Shown: positions 44,361 through 56,275, counted from the whole stretch's first letter. The stretch: DNA of 62,211 bases, filler included, from 8 parts of 8 records of this genome joined end to end with filler, not necessarily neighbours in it, one strand, 5' to 3'. Numbers and translations are program-made. The notes: generated by a model from the letters alone, not told the origin.

Positions 44361-45970
44361 ATGAAAAGAAAAGTAACATTATTAGTATTAACATCACTAC
44401 TAGTTTTAGGACTAGCAACTGAATCATTTGCTTTTTTTGGATTCGGTAAAAAGAAAAAAGCGAAGGCAAAAAAAGAGGTTATTATTACACTTAATAACTC
44501 GAGTGAACCTGGATCACTTCATCCAGCTTTATCAAAAGGAACACACGATTCATGGCCAATGAACCACATGTATGAAGGTTTATTAAAAATTGGAAAAGAT
44601 GGTTTACCTGTTCCTGGACAAGCTGAAAGCTGGACAGTTAGTGAAGATGGAAGAACTTACACTTTCAAGTTAAAAGATGGAATTAAATGGTCAAATGGTG
44701 AAGCGGTTACAGCTTACGATTTCGAATACTCTTGGAAACATGTAATCAAACCTGAAACAGCGTCTGATTATGTATATCAAATGTACTATATTAAAGGAGC
44801 TTACGAAGCTAATGCAAAAGGTGGATCGATGGATGCTGTTGGTATCAAAGCTCTTGACGAGAAAACTTTAGAGGTAACTTTAGTAGAACCGGCACCTTAT
44901 TTCTTAGAATTAACAGCTTTTTATACTTATTATCCAGTTAATAAAAAGCTACAAGAATCTAACCCTGACTGGTTTAAAGATCCTGCAACTATCGTAACAA
45001 ATGGAGTGTTTAAACTAGTTGAGTGGAACCATAAAGAAAATATCAAATTAAGAAAAATGAATATTACTATGCAATTGACGAAGTTAAATATGATGGAATC
45101 GATTTTCTAATGATCGAAGATCAAAACACTGCATGGCAAATGTATAGAAGTGACGAGTTAGACATGGTTATTGACCTTCCAACTGATGTTGTAGGTGCAG
45201 GACACGAAGATTTAATAATCGGAAATGAATTAGCAACATACTACTATAGATTTAATGTAACTAAAAAACCGTTTAACAATGCAAAAGTAAGAAAAGCCTT
45301 ATCAATGGCAATTGATAGAGAAGTTATCGTTAGAGATGTAATGCAAGGTGGACAAAAACCAGCATTAGCTTTTGTTCCTTTTGGAATCCTAACTGAAGAA
45401 GGAGATTACAGAGCGGCGAAACCTAGCTTATTTGAAGAAAACATATCAGAAGCTAAAAAACTTCTTGCGGAAGGTTTATCTGAAGAAGGAATGGATAAAC
45501 TGTCTTTCGTATTACTTTACAACACAAGTGAAGCACACAAAAGAGTTGCTGAAGCTATCCAAGAGATGTGGAGAAACAACTTAGGTGTAGAGATCTCTCT
45601 AGAAAATGTTGAATTCCAAATCAAAATTGATAGAGAAGACAAACTTGATTATGATGTGTCAAGAGCTGGATGGATTGGGGATTACGTAGATCCAATGACA
45701 TTTATGGATATGATGGTTACAGATGGTGGAAACAATGATACGGGATGGTCAAATGCAGAATTTGATAGCTTAATTGCAAAAGCTAAATCAACAGCTGATA
45801 ATTCAGTTAGATTCCCTTCAATGGCAAGAGCAGAAGAAATCCTTATGGATGAAATGCCTGTAATGCCTATCTATTACTATACAAGACCATACACTCTTAA
45901 GAAAAACCTTAAGAATGTAATTAAACCAATTGATAAATATCCATTATTCCACTACGCTGAAAAAGAATAA
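44361..45970 (+). CDS. oppA: Oligopeptide ABC substrate-binding protein (frameshift near 45055)
   Basis: EPGSLHP, YTFKLKDGIKWSNGEAVTAYDFEYSW, KVRKALSMAIDR, RAGWIGDYVDP. Confidence 0.93.
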
Positions 45971-46002
45971 TAGAGATTAAGAATGATGTTATAAACATTT
46001 AT

Positions 46003-46032
46003 GGACATGGTATGCTTATGCATACCATGTCT
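46003..46032 (+). terminator. Hairpin downstream of oppA
   Basis: GACATGGTATGC…GCATACCATGTC perfect stem. Confidence 0.7.
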
Positions 46033-46264
46033 TAATGTTTCAAAGGAATTGTATTACTTTAGGCAGTCTTTTTAATGAGGTTTTCTAGAAATTCTTATTA
46101 GAAAGACTATCTGCAGTTAATACACTTTGATAAATAAGGGGTGTTGGAAACACTGTAGCTTATTAATAAACTAGTAAAATTAAGTATAGTTGAATACTTT
46201 TACTTATATGAAGATGAAATTATAGACGAAAGTCTTAAAATTTAGAGAAATTAGGAGGAGTTAA

Positions 46265-47191
46265 ATGTTACGTTATATCATGAAACGTTTGGGGATGGCT
46301 ATAATAACAGTATGGTTTGTTATTACGCTCACATTTATGTTAATGCATTCGATACCTGGAAATCCATTTGCAAAAGAGGGAAAAATGCCAGAAGCTGTAT
46401 ACCATAATTTACAGAAACACTATAATTTGGATAAACCACTTGTAGTTCAATATGGGTTATATTTAAAATCACTTGCTAAATTTGATTTTGGTCCATCGAT
46501 GAAATCTTCGACACTTACAGTAAACGACCAAATTGCTAAAGGTTTTCCTGTGTCATTGCATCTTGGATTACAGGCTATAGTGGTGGCAGTTACTTTTGGA
46601 ATAATATTTGGAGTTATTGCCTCGCTTAATCATAACAAATGGCCTGATTATCTATCTATGGTTTTGGCAATAATAGGAATCTCTGTACCGAGTTTTATCA
46701 TGGCGACACTTTTAATCAACTATCTAGCTGTTGAATGGAGGATCTTTCCTGTAGCACAGTGGAAAACATTAAGACATACTATACTACCGACAATGGCTCT
46801 GTCAGCTATGCCGATGGCCTTTATTGCAAGATTGATGAGATCGAGCATGTTAGAAGTATTAACATCTGACTACATCAGGACAGCAAAATCAAAGGGTCTT
46901 TCTAAAGCGATGGTTGTTATAAAACATGCCATTAGAAATGCAATCCTACCTGTAGTTACAGTAACAGGTTATCTAACTGCTGGAATTATAACAGGAAGTT
47001 TTGTAATCGAAAAAATGTTTGCAATTCCAGGAATGGGGCACCTATTTGTAAAAAGTATCTTTGATAGAGACTATCCAATGATACTGGGAACAGCAATTTT
47101 TTATTCAATTATATTTGTTTTACTTACTCTTGTAGTAGACGTAATGTACACTTTTATTGATCCTAGAATCAAGATTACAGGAGGAGAATAA
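46265..47191 (+). CDS. oppB: Oligopeptide ABC permease
   Basis: DYIRTAKSKG, HAIRNA, IDPRI. Confidence 0.95.
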   Translation: MLRYIMKRLGMAIITVWFVITLTFMLMHSIPGNPFAKEGKMPEAVYHNLQKHYNLDKPLVVQYGLYLKSLAKFDFGPSMKSSTLTVNDQIAKGFPVSLHLGLQAIVVAVTFGIIFGVIASLNHNKWPDYLSMVLAIIGISVPSFIMATLLINYLAVEWRIFPVAQWKTLRHTILPTMALSAMPMAFIARLMRSSMLEVLTSDYIRTAKSKGLSKAMVVIKHAIRNAILPVVTVTGYLTAGIITGSFVIEKMFAIPGMGHLFVKSIFDRDYPMILGTAIFYSIIFVLLTLVVDVMYTFIDPRIKITGGE

Positions 47192-48126
47192 TGGAGGAAA
47201 GAAATAACATGGCAGTATCAAAAGAAGACTTTATTATCGTTGGAGCTAGAGCAAGTGAAGCTGAAGCGATCTCAAGGCCAAGTGTATCTTATTGGCAAGA
47301 TGTATGGATTAGACTTAGAAAAAATAAATTAGCAATGTTTGGGCTTTTATTAATAACAATTCTTCTTTTATTTACTATTTTTGGTCCATATATGAATAAG
47401 TATACATTTTTTCAACAAGATTTACCTAGTAAAAATATAAAACCTGGAGCTAAGTTTTGGTTTGGTTCAGATATATTTGGTAGAGATATTTTCACAAGAA
47501 CTTGGTATGGAGGAAGAATTTCTCTTTTTATCGGGGTTATGGCTGCTTTTTTAGATTTCACAATAGGTGTACTTTATGGTGGAATAGCTGGATATAGAGG
47601 TGGAAAAGTAGATGAAATATTGATGAGAATAGCTGAAATTCTTTATAGTATCCCGTACCTGTTAATGGTTATCCTATTGATGGTAGTTATGGGACAGGGA
47701 ATGTGGACTATGATTATCGCGATGACTGTAACTGGTTGGGTACCTATGGCTAGACTCGTTAGAGGTCAGGTACTTCAATTAAAAGAACAAGAGTATGTAC
47801 TTGCGTCAAAAGCACTTGGTGCAGGAACATTTAGAATATTGATAAAACACTTAATCCCTAATACGTTAGGTCCTATATTGGTAAATTTAACATTAACTAT
47901 ACCTAAAGCTATATTTGCAGAAGCAAACTTAAGTTTTCTTGGTCTTGGAATACCAGCACCACAAGCGAGCTGGGGAACAATGGCAAGTGATTCATTAGGT
48001 AGTTTCCTTATTGGAAATACATATCAGTTGTTTATACCAGCGCTTTTCATCTCGTTAACTATGTTTGCTTTTAACGTACTTGGAGATGGATTAAGAGAAG
48101 CTTTAGATCCAAAATTAAGAAAATAG
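47191..48126 (+). CDS. oppC: Oligopeptide ABC permease
   Basis: FGSDIFGRD, EYVLASKALGA, GDGLREALDP. Confidence 0.95.
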   Translation: MEERNNMAVSKEDFIIVGARASEAEAISRPSVSYWQDVWIRLRKNKLAMFGLLLITILLLFTIFGPYMNKYTFFQQDLPSKNIKPGAKFWFGSDIFGRDIFTRTWYGGRISLFIGVMAAFLDFTIGVLYGGIAGYRGGKVDEILMRIAEILYSIPYLLMVILLMVVMGQGMWTMIIAMTVTGWVPMARLVRGQVLQLKEQEYVLASKALGAGTFRILIKHLIPNTLGPILVNLTLTIPKAIFAEANLSFLGLGIPAPQASWGTMASDSLGSFLIGNTYQLFIPALFISLTMFAFNVLGDGLREALDPKLRK

Positions 48127-48138
48127 AGAGGGAAGATA

Positions 48139-48837
48139 ATGGAAAAAATTCTTGAGATAAAAGATTTACACGTATCTTTTACCACTTATGGTGGAGAAGT
48201 ACAAGTTTTACGTGGGATAAATTTTGATGTAAATAGAGGAGAAAGTCTTGCAATAGTTGGAGAATCAGGGTCAGGGAAATCGGTAACTGTACAAACAGTT
48301 ATGAAACTTATCCCAATGCCACCTGGTAAAATCAAACAGGGCGAGATTATATTTAATGGAAAAGATATAATAAACAATACAGAAAAAGATATGAGAGCAA
48401 TTAGAGGTGGAGAGATTGGAATGATTTTTCAGAATCCATTATCATCTCTAAATCCTACGATGCCAGTAGGAAAACAGATAGCTGAAAGTATCATTAAACA
48501 TCAGGGGCTTGGTAAAAAAGAAGCTATGGAAAAAGCTCTAGAGATGCTTAAACTGGTTAAAATACCAAATGCAGAGAGAAGAATTAATCAATATCCGCAT
48601 GAATTCAGTGGTGGTATGAGACAGAGAGTAATTATCGCGATAGCGCTTTCTTGTAACCCTGATCTACTTATAGCTGATGAACCAACTACAGCTTTAGATG
48701 TAACGGTACAGGCTCAGATATTAGACCTTATGAATGAATTAAGGGGTAAACTTAATACTACTATTATAATAATTACTCATGATCTTGGAGTAGTTGCTGA
48801 TACTGCAGAGAGAGTAATAGTTATGTATGGTGGAGAA
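48139..48837 (+). CDS. oppD: Oligopeptide ABC ATPase, 3' partial
   Basis: [26 protein letters not shown]. Confidence 0.95.
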
Positions 48838-48937
48838 NNNNNNNNNNNNNNNNNNNNNNNNNNNNNNNNNNNNNNNNNNNNTTAATTAATTAANNNNNNN
48901 NNNNNNNNNNNNNNNNNNNNNNNNNNNNNNNNNNNNN
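48838..48937. other. Artificial contig linker
   Basis: N/TTAATTAATTAA spacer. Confidence 0.99.
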
Positions 48938-51869
48938 AGTCATGTTGGAAGATGTGGGCGCCAGCGACGGCATCGACATTGAAGCGGAGATCCATCGGTT
49001 GACCGGGCTGTTGGATCCGGCTGAAGCGTCCCAAAAAATCGTCACTGTCAGTGAAACCCCTGTACCTGAAGAGGGAACTCCCCCAAAATCATTTGACGTT
49101 CCCGAAAGAGCGTTGAATCGATTTGAAAAAAAAGGGCAACTTCTCTATACCGTTTCCATCAATCTAAAGCAGGATTTGACCGACAATGGAAAAACGCCCC
49201 TGGATCTGATCAACACCATCGTCAATACGGGAGAGTTGATCGAATCTCGATTGGATATCGATGCCATTGGCGGGCTCGAAGATTGTCTTGAAAACGATAT
49301 GCCCTTTGTTTTTGTATTTACCACAGGTATAGAAGAAGCGTATCTTCCCGATGCGCTGGATATTCCCGCGGAGAAGATTAGAACCATTGATTATCGTGGC
49401 CATGAGAGAATGTATGGCTCGGACAATTTCAAAGACCTTGTTACCCCCCCGGCGCCCCATATGAATGCAGGGGAAAAGGGAAGTGACATCCTCTGCCGGG
49501 AACCGGATCCCATAGAGATGAAAGCCCCCCCACCGCAACAACCGATTCAAGAAACGCCCTCCCCTACCCCCCCAATCCGTCCCACCGAAAGAGACATCTT
49601 CTCTCCCCCCTGAAAACGGTGAAGCAACTGAAAATATGAGCCGCCCTTATTCCCCCCTCCCATCTCTGGACCACGCAATGCACGACCGTCAAAGCCTCCA
49701 AAGACAGACAACCAAGGGGTTCGATCTTCGGCCGCAGCATCACCAATGCCGACCATCCAAAGTGAAGAGAAAATACGAGTGGGAATCGGATTTCTAAATG
49801 ATTTGGTCAGCTTGGCCGGGGAGATGGTGCTGGGTAGAAATCAGCTCAACCAGATTGTCCAACCTCTGGTCAAGGAGACGCCGGAGCTGAATCCCGTCAT
49901 CCAGCACATCAGCCGGATTACCACGGAGATGCAGGAAAAAATCATGCAGATGCGCATGCAGCCGGTCTCCATGATTTTCGGAAAATTTCAGAGAGTGGTC
50001 CGGGATTTGTCCAAGAAGCTGGAAAAAGAGATCCGACTGGTCACCTATGGCGATGAGGTGGAGCTGGATAAATCCATCATCGAGGCCCTCTCCGATCCAT
50101 TGACTCATCTTATCAGAAACGGTGTGGATCACGGTATCGAACATCCCCGGGATCGGGAAGAGGCGGGGAAACCGCGTCAAGGGACCATTCAGCTCAAAGC
50201 CTATCACCAGGGCGGTCATGTCTATATCGATATCATCGACGACGGTGCCGGCATCGATTGCCGATGGATTGGTGAGAAAGCCGTGAAAAAGGGGCTGATC
50301 AGTCATGATCAGATGGTGGAAATGGACGAAAAAGAGCTGGCCAAACTGATCTTCAAACCCGGCTTTTCCACAGCGGCCCAGGTATCCGATGTCAGTGGCC
50401 GCGGTGTCGGCATGGATGTGGTCCTGACCAACATCGAGCAGCTGGGAGGCACAGTGAATGTCCATACGAAACTCCATGAAGGGACCACCATCAGTTTGGT
50501 TCTCCCTTTGACACTGGCCATCGTGTCAGGTCTTGTGATTCAAACCACCGGGCAGAACTTCATCCTGCCGGAAGCCAACATCAACGAATTGGTTCGCATC
50601 AAGCCTGATGAGATCGAAACCCGTATCAACACCATCCAGAATTCCAAAGTGCTCCGTCTTAGAGACATGCTGCTGCCCCTTGTTTCCTTGAGTGAGGTGC
50701 TTGGCCTGCCAAATGAGCCCATGGAAAAACAAACCGATCCGGTCCGGGTGCTTGTCATCAAACACGGCTCCTCCCTTTTCGGTCTTTTGGTGGATGCCGT
50801 GGAGAGCATCGAGGAAATTGTGGTAAAGCCCCTGCCCCGTTATCTCAAAAATCAAAAATGCTTCAGCGGTGCCAGCATCATGGGCAACGGCGATGTCTCG
50901 TTGATATTGGATGTTGCCGGACTTTTTGAAAAAGCCGGACTGCACCATATGGGCATCAACAAGCTCGGCCCTTCAAAGGAAACCGAAGCGGCAAGTGCGA
51001 CCAGGGATCTTCAAACGCTTCTCTTATTCGACAACAAGACCGATGAACGATTTGCCCTGCCCTTGGAGCAGATTACCCGTATCGAGAGAATCAAAACATC
51101 CGACATCGAAAAGGTGAAAAATCAAAGTTATCTCCAATATCAGGGAGAAAAGCTCAAACTCGTATTCCTTGAAGACCACCTGCCGGTGGAGCCTCCCCGG
51201 CGAACCGACGACGAAACCATTGGTGTTATCGTACCCAAACATATCAAATACCCCCTGGGCATCGTGATCCACGGCATTGCCGGTTCCGTCACCACCGAGG
51301 TGGAGGTGGACACCCAATCCATCAAATCCCCGGCCATATTCGGATCGACCATTCTTGACGGAAAAATCACCTTGCTCCCGGATATGTACAAGATGTTTGA
51401 AATGGCCGCCCCTGAATGGTATGCCGAGGCTTCCGACACTTCGGAATCTTCCAAGGATCATGGAAAATTTCACGATGACGACGGGACTGCCAAACGCATC
51501 CTTCTTGTAGAAGATACACCGTTTTTCAGAACCATCGAAAAGAACTACCTCACCTCAGCCGGGTATGACGTCCTTGAAGCGGAGAACGGAAAACAGGCAC
51601 TGGATATTCTTTCGGAGCAGAAAGTGGATGCCGTTATTCTGGATATCATCATGCCGGTGATGGACGGATTTGAAACCATTCAGCGGATTCGAAAAGACAA
51701 CGTCTTGAAGCATCTCCCCGTCATGGGCGTCAGTTCTCTTTCCGACGAAAAAACCCGCGAAAAAGCAAGACTTGCCAAATTTACCAGATGGGAACCCAAA
51801 TTGGACAAGGAGCGGCTGCTGAAGACACTCGAAGAAATGCTTGAAGCAAAAGCGGAGGAGGCGGCATGA
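48938..51869 (+). CDS. cheA: CheA hybrid kinase (P2-linker-dimerization-HATPase-2xCheW-REC), 5' partial, with frameshifts in the Pro-rich linker
   Basis: HLIRNGVDHG, DDGAG, GFST, SGRGVGMD, two CheW-like domains, C-terminal REC ILLVED…LDIIMP. Confidence 0.93.
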
Positions 51870-52393
51870 TGACCAACCTGAAAAACAGCACCCGACAAAT
51901 TGCCACGTTTATCCTCGGAAAGACGCGTCTCGGGATCGACATCCTCCTGATCAGCGAGGTGTATCGTCACATGTCCGTCACTCCCATCCCCGATGCCCCC
52001 CTCCACCTCAGGGGGTTGATGAACCTGAGGGGACGGGTGGTGACGGTGATCGATCTCAATATCTGTCTTAACAGACCGGCCACCCTTACGGTGGATACGA
52101 CGCGTCTTTTGGTTCTGAAAACAGACGATGAGATCGTGAAGTACAAAGCCGTCGGTCTATTGGGCAATGTCTCTCTGGGTGAGGACATTGTAGGGCTTTT
52201 GATTGACCGGATGGATGATGTCATCACCGTGGATGAGTCGGAGCTCTTTCCAGCCCCCCCAAATCTCAAGGAAGTGGAAGAAGGTTTGATCGAGGGTGTC
52301 GTCAAGCAAAAAGACGAACTGATCATTATTCTCGATGTCAACGCCGTACTGGATCGAATCATTCAAGTTTGCGAAGGAATGGATAAAAACTAA
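51866..52393 (+). CDS. cheW: Chemotaxis adaptor CheW
   Basis: TPIPDAP..GLMNLRGRVVTVIDL, VGLLID. Confidence 0.93.
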   Translation: MMTNLKNSTRQIATFILGKTRLGIDILLISEVYRHMSVTPIPDAPLHLRGLMNLRGRVVTVIDLNICLNRPATLTVDTTRLLVLKTDDEIVKYKAVGLLGNVSLGEDIVGLLIDRMDDVITVDESELFPAPPNLKEVEEGLIEGVVKQKDELIIILDVNAVLDRIIQVCEGMDKN

Positions 52394-52495
52394 ATTCTAA
52401 CGCGGGAACCCCGTAACCTATAAGCCTCTTCCCAATTTATTGTTTTTTTACATGAATTTGATGGGGAGATACAACCGTCGAAAAACTGGATTTAT

Positions 52496-53635
52496 ATGAG
52501 CATACCATTGACCGTGCTGGTAGTGGATGATTCCGTCATTTACCGAAAACTGATTTCAACCGCTATCGAAGAGATGCCGGGAGCGGCATTGATGGGCATT
52601 GCGCCAAGCGGTGCCATTGCTTTAAAGAAAATTGAATTGGAAAAGCCCGATCTGGTGCTGTTGGATATGATCATGCCGGATGACGATGGGCCGTCCACCC
52701 TTCGGGCCATCAAGAAAGAGTTTCCGGATGTGAATGTGGTGATGATCAGCGGTGTCGAAAAAAAGACCACCCATTTGACACTGACCGCTTTGGAAGCCGG
52801 TGCGTTGGACTTTGTTGCAAAACCCCGAAGCAGCTCTCCTGAAGAGGCATTTGCAGAATTGAAACAGGCATTGCAACGTGTTTTTTCTGCTGTCAGGGAA
52901 CAGGCGTCGGTCGTAACCGAATCGTCACCTGAACCGACTGCCGGGGGGGGCGGCCCCCTCTCTTTGTCACCATCGCACACGTCAAATCGAGCCGCATCTT
53001 CACCCGGTGGAACGGGCTCATCTTCTCTTGATAGAAAAAAGGTGGGCAAAATAGATGTCATTGCCATCGGCGTCTCCACCGGAGGCCCCAATGCACTGAA
53101 ACGGATTGTCCCTAACCTGTCAAAAGATATTTCCGTACCCATTTTGGTGGTCCAGCATATGCCCCCCCTGTTTACCGCATCCCTTGCCCAGAGCCTCGAC
53201 CGTGCTGCCGCTATCCGGGTGGTGGAAGCCCAAGAAAATCAGGCCGTTGAAAAAGGGGGGATGTACATTGCTCCCGGAGGATCACATATGGTCGTCCGGA
53301 AAGGAGGACGTAGCGGATTTCAACTGGGACTGGTCTCGTCACCGCCGGTTCATAACTGCCGCCCTGCAGTGGATGTGCTTTTTCGCTCCGTTGCCATGAC
53401 CTATGGGGGTAATGTCCTGGGCGTCATTTTAACGGGAATGGGAAATGACGGCGCTGCCGGGGTGGCCGCCATCCGGCGAAAAGGCGGTTACTCATTGGTC
53501 CAGGATGAAAAGAGCTCCGTGGTCTGGGGAATGCCCGGTGCGGTGGTGGCGGCCGGAGAGGCGGATGAAATCTGCCCGGAACATCAAATGGCACAGCGAA
53601 TTATGGAACTTGTAAAGAAAGGATCGGCAACGTGA
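52496..53635 (+). CDS. cheB: Chemotaxis methylesterase CheB
   Basis: REC domain plus GVSTGGP, QHMP, RPAVD, LTGMGNDG. Confidence 0.95.
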   Translation: MSIPLTVLVVDDSVIYRKLISTAIEEMPGAALMGIAPSGAIALKKIELEKPDLVLLDMIMPDDDGPSTLRAIKKEFPDVNVVMISGVEKKTTHLTLTALEAGALDFVAKPRSSSPEEAFAELKQALQRVFSAVREQASVVTESSPEPTAGGGGPLSLSPSHTSNRAASSPGGTGSSSLDRKKVGKIDVIAIGVSTGGPNALKRIVPNLSKDISVPILVVQHMPPLFTASLAQSLDRAAAIRVVEAQENQAVEKGGMYIAPGGSHMVVRKGGRSGFQLGLVSSPPVHNCRPAVDVLFRSVAMTYGGNVLGVILTGMGNDGAAGVAAIRRKGGYSLVQDEKSSVVWGMPGAVVAAGEADEICPEHQMAQRIMELVKKGSAT

Positions 53636-54470
53636 TCAAAATCAACAAATCGGAATATTTGGAGATGCAGCACTACATTGAAGAGAGCTGCGGGATTCTT
53701 TTGACCCAGGGCAAGGAGTACCTCATTGAGTCCAGGCTCACCGATCTTCTGATGGAAGAAGGATGTGCCTCCTTTCACACGTTTCTAGAAAAAGCCCGAA
53801 CCGATTACACCGGAGCACTCAGAAACCGGATTGTCGATGCCATGACCACCAATGAGACATTCTGGTTCAGGGATAAAAGTACCTGGGACTATATTTCCGG
53901 AGTGATGGTGCCCATGTTGGTGGAAAAAGCGGAACAAGGCCGGAAATCCAGGGTCTGGTCGGCAGCGGCCTCTACAGGCCAAGAGGCCTATTCCTTGATG
54001 ATCTTACTGGACGAAGCAGTACGTGCGAGGAACACCCCCAATCTTCTCAACCGGATTGAAGTCGTGGGAACCGACATCTCTCCGTCCGCGCTCGGTATCG
54101 CCCGTGAAGGAAAATATGATGAAATGGCCATGGGAAGAGGGATGCCAATGGATAAAAAGGAGCGCTATTTTGAAAAAAAGGGATTCATTGGGAGATTGAC
54201 GATGCATTGAAAACAAGAGTCGAATTCAAACAGTTCAACCTGAAACAGAGTTTTATGGCCATGGGCATGTTTGATTTCATTTTATGTCGATATGTGGCCA
54301 TCTATTTTTCCGATGACCTCAAAAAAGCACTCTTTACCAAAATGTATAATGCCCTCCATCCGGGTGGGGTATTGATGCTGGGAGCAACGGAGTCGATCCG
54401 GGGGTTTTCTGAGGATTTCAATATCGCGTATCATAAAGATGCCGTTATCAATCAAAAACCAATCGATTAA
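53632..54470 (+). CDS. cheR: Chemotaxis methyltransferase CheR (frameshift near 54175)
   Basis: TTNETFWFRD, WSAAASTGQEAYS, GTDIS; FDFILCRYVAIYF and LGATES in ORF 54207-54470. Confidence 0.93.
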
Positions 54471-54703
54471 TCATTTCAAGGTGTCATCTATTGTAAACAC
54501 AAAACGATTTGATGACACTCTACTGTAAACCATCGAAGACAATCCTTTTCCGGAAATTCCCTCATTCTTTACTGAAATTTCAACATTTACAAATCCCCCT
54601 CTTTTTTTTTCTCTTTTTTTCTTCAAAATTCTCTTTTTATTTGAGTTGGTTATAGATATCTCATCCCCGTTTCCTTTCAATATTCGTCATTCATTGAAGA
54701 CTA

Positions 54704-54719
54704 TGGCAAGACCTTTGCT
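54704..54719 (+). promoter_or_regulatory. sigma54 (-24/-12) promoter
   Basis: TGGCAAGACCTTTGCT has exact GG-N10-GC spacing, about 70 nt upstream of the AAGGAG RBS and ATG 54789. Confidence 0.75.
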
Positions 54720-54788
54720 CTTTTAAAAAACAACAGTCGAACAAAGGTCGACACCCTAACAACTCACTTAATTTTGAAAGGAGCAGTC

Positions 54789-56030
54789 ATGAAACACCTT
54801 ATTAAAACCGCAGGAACCATTTTCGTATTTTTTCTTTTGCTTTTCACCGTTAACCAGAACAGTTTTGCCGAACAGAGTCCATTGACGAATATTCTCAATC
54901 CCGGAAACACACTCATTGAATCCATTGAAACAACCGACGGTCTTTTTATCTCCGACATTTATTGTGATCAAGGAAAACTCTCCGTCGTCGTTGAAAACGG
55001 CGGAGAATCACTCATTGACCCAGAACACCATGGGGGGCTCCACATCTGGATCGATGGCACGCTGGAATGGACCTACAGTTGGAGCACCTGGAGTTGTCAG
55101 GACTTCAGATCCCCCGGTGGACATTGTGTGATCCAGCCGCAGATATTGAATGACGGCGAACATATGATAGAAGTCAGTTTGCTTGATGAAAACAACGATG
55201 AAATCGATTTTATGACGCGTGTGGTAAAATGCGGCGAAGAGTCGACGGACCCCGATCCCGGATTGGATCCCGATCCAACCGATACTCCGGCAGATTGCGT
55301 TATGGCTGAAGATATCTTTGATACCGAAACCTCGGATATGACGGAAGTCGTTCTTGGCGATGTTTTCATCACCCCCGGTGCCCTTGCCGACGGAACTCCG
55401 GTCAACCTGAATATTACCAATTGTACCAATGAGGGAAACGCTCTGAACATCTTTGTCCCTTGGTCTGAAGATACGGCATCGGAATTTGCCGCCATCCATT
55501 TTACCGAAACGATTTGTCCCCAGGGATTCCCCCAAAGAGTGGAAGTGCTTCTGCAACACGGTAACTATGCCGAACTGATCGCCCTCAACAGTGACGGAAC
55601 CGTCGTAGACACCACTTCCGCAGCAGATCACAGTTCTGTTCAAGTACTGACCTTGACCAACGCAGACGGCATTGCGAAAATCGAGATCGTGGGATCGGAA
55701 ATCTGCATTCTGAAAATTTGCTGGGAGTGTCGTGACCAGGGAGTGAATGACGATCCCGAGTGTCCTCCGGAAGTGATCGATGCGGCATATGAGGCTGGAT
55801 ATCAGGCCGGTCTTGCAGCGGCAGCAGCGAACGCCGATAACAATACAGCTGAAGATCAAGCCGATAGCAACGGCATGTGCAGTAGCTATAACTTTCTGAC
55901 CGGTATCTTGAGTGTCCCTTGCCTAGATTTTAATGGATTTACAGAGGAGCGTTTCTGGATTGAACTTCAACTGCTGAATTCAGAAGACTGGACTTTTCAG
56001 ATCGTCAATAGTGGTGTAAATACACCATAA
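54789..56030 (+). CDS. Secreted acidic Cys-rich hypothetical protein with distinct C-terminal domain
   Basis: Signal peptide (…NSFA), beta-rich domains separated by DP linkers, YEAGYQAG helix, C-terminal CSSYN…LSVPCL…FWIEL…GVN. Confidence 0.8.
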   Translation: MKHLIKTAGTIFVFFLLLFTVNQNSFAEQSPLTNILNPGNTLIESIETTDGLFISDIYCDQGKLSVVVENGGESLIDPEHHGGLHIWIDGTLEWTYSWSTWSCQDFRSPGGHCVIQPQILNDGEHMIEVSLLDENNDEIDFMTRVVKCGEESTDPDPGLDPDPTDTPADCVMAEDIFDTETSDMTEVVLGDVFITPGALADGTPVNLNITNCTNEGNALNIFVPWSEDTASEFAAIHFTETICPQGFPQRVEVLLQHGNYAELIALNSDGTVVDTTSAADHSSVQVLTLTNADGIAKIEIVGSEICILKICWECRDQGVNDDPECPPEVIDAAYEAGYQAGLAAAAANADNNTAEDQADSNGMCSSYNFLTGILSVPCLDFNGFTEERFWIELQLLNSEDWTFQIVNSGVNTP

Positions 56031-56056
56031 CTGCCATGGGCAGACCATGATTATTG

Positions 56057-56156
56057 NNNNNNNNNNNNNNNNNNNNNNNNNNNNNNNNNNNNNNNNNNNN
56101 TTAATTAATTAANNNNNNNNNNNNNNNNNNNNNNNNNNNNNNNNNNNNNNNNNNNN
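56057..56156. other. Artificial contig linker
   Basis: N/TTAATTAATTAA spacer. Confidence 0.99.
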
Positions 56157-56275
56157 TCTCTAATGGATTCAATATAAATTGATTATGAGGCATTTACAAG
56201 AAATTTTATTACTCTATAGATATATAAGCCAGCTGGAATATTAAGCAATTTAAGAATTATATTAATAAAGATGAT

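Noticed and set aside
49611-49745. In-frame TGA readthrough between the two CheA ORFs
   Set aside because: The region is a C-run-rich Pro linker with a further in-frame stop; compensating homopolymer errors explain it.
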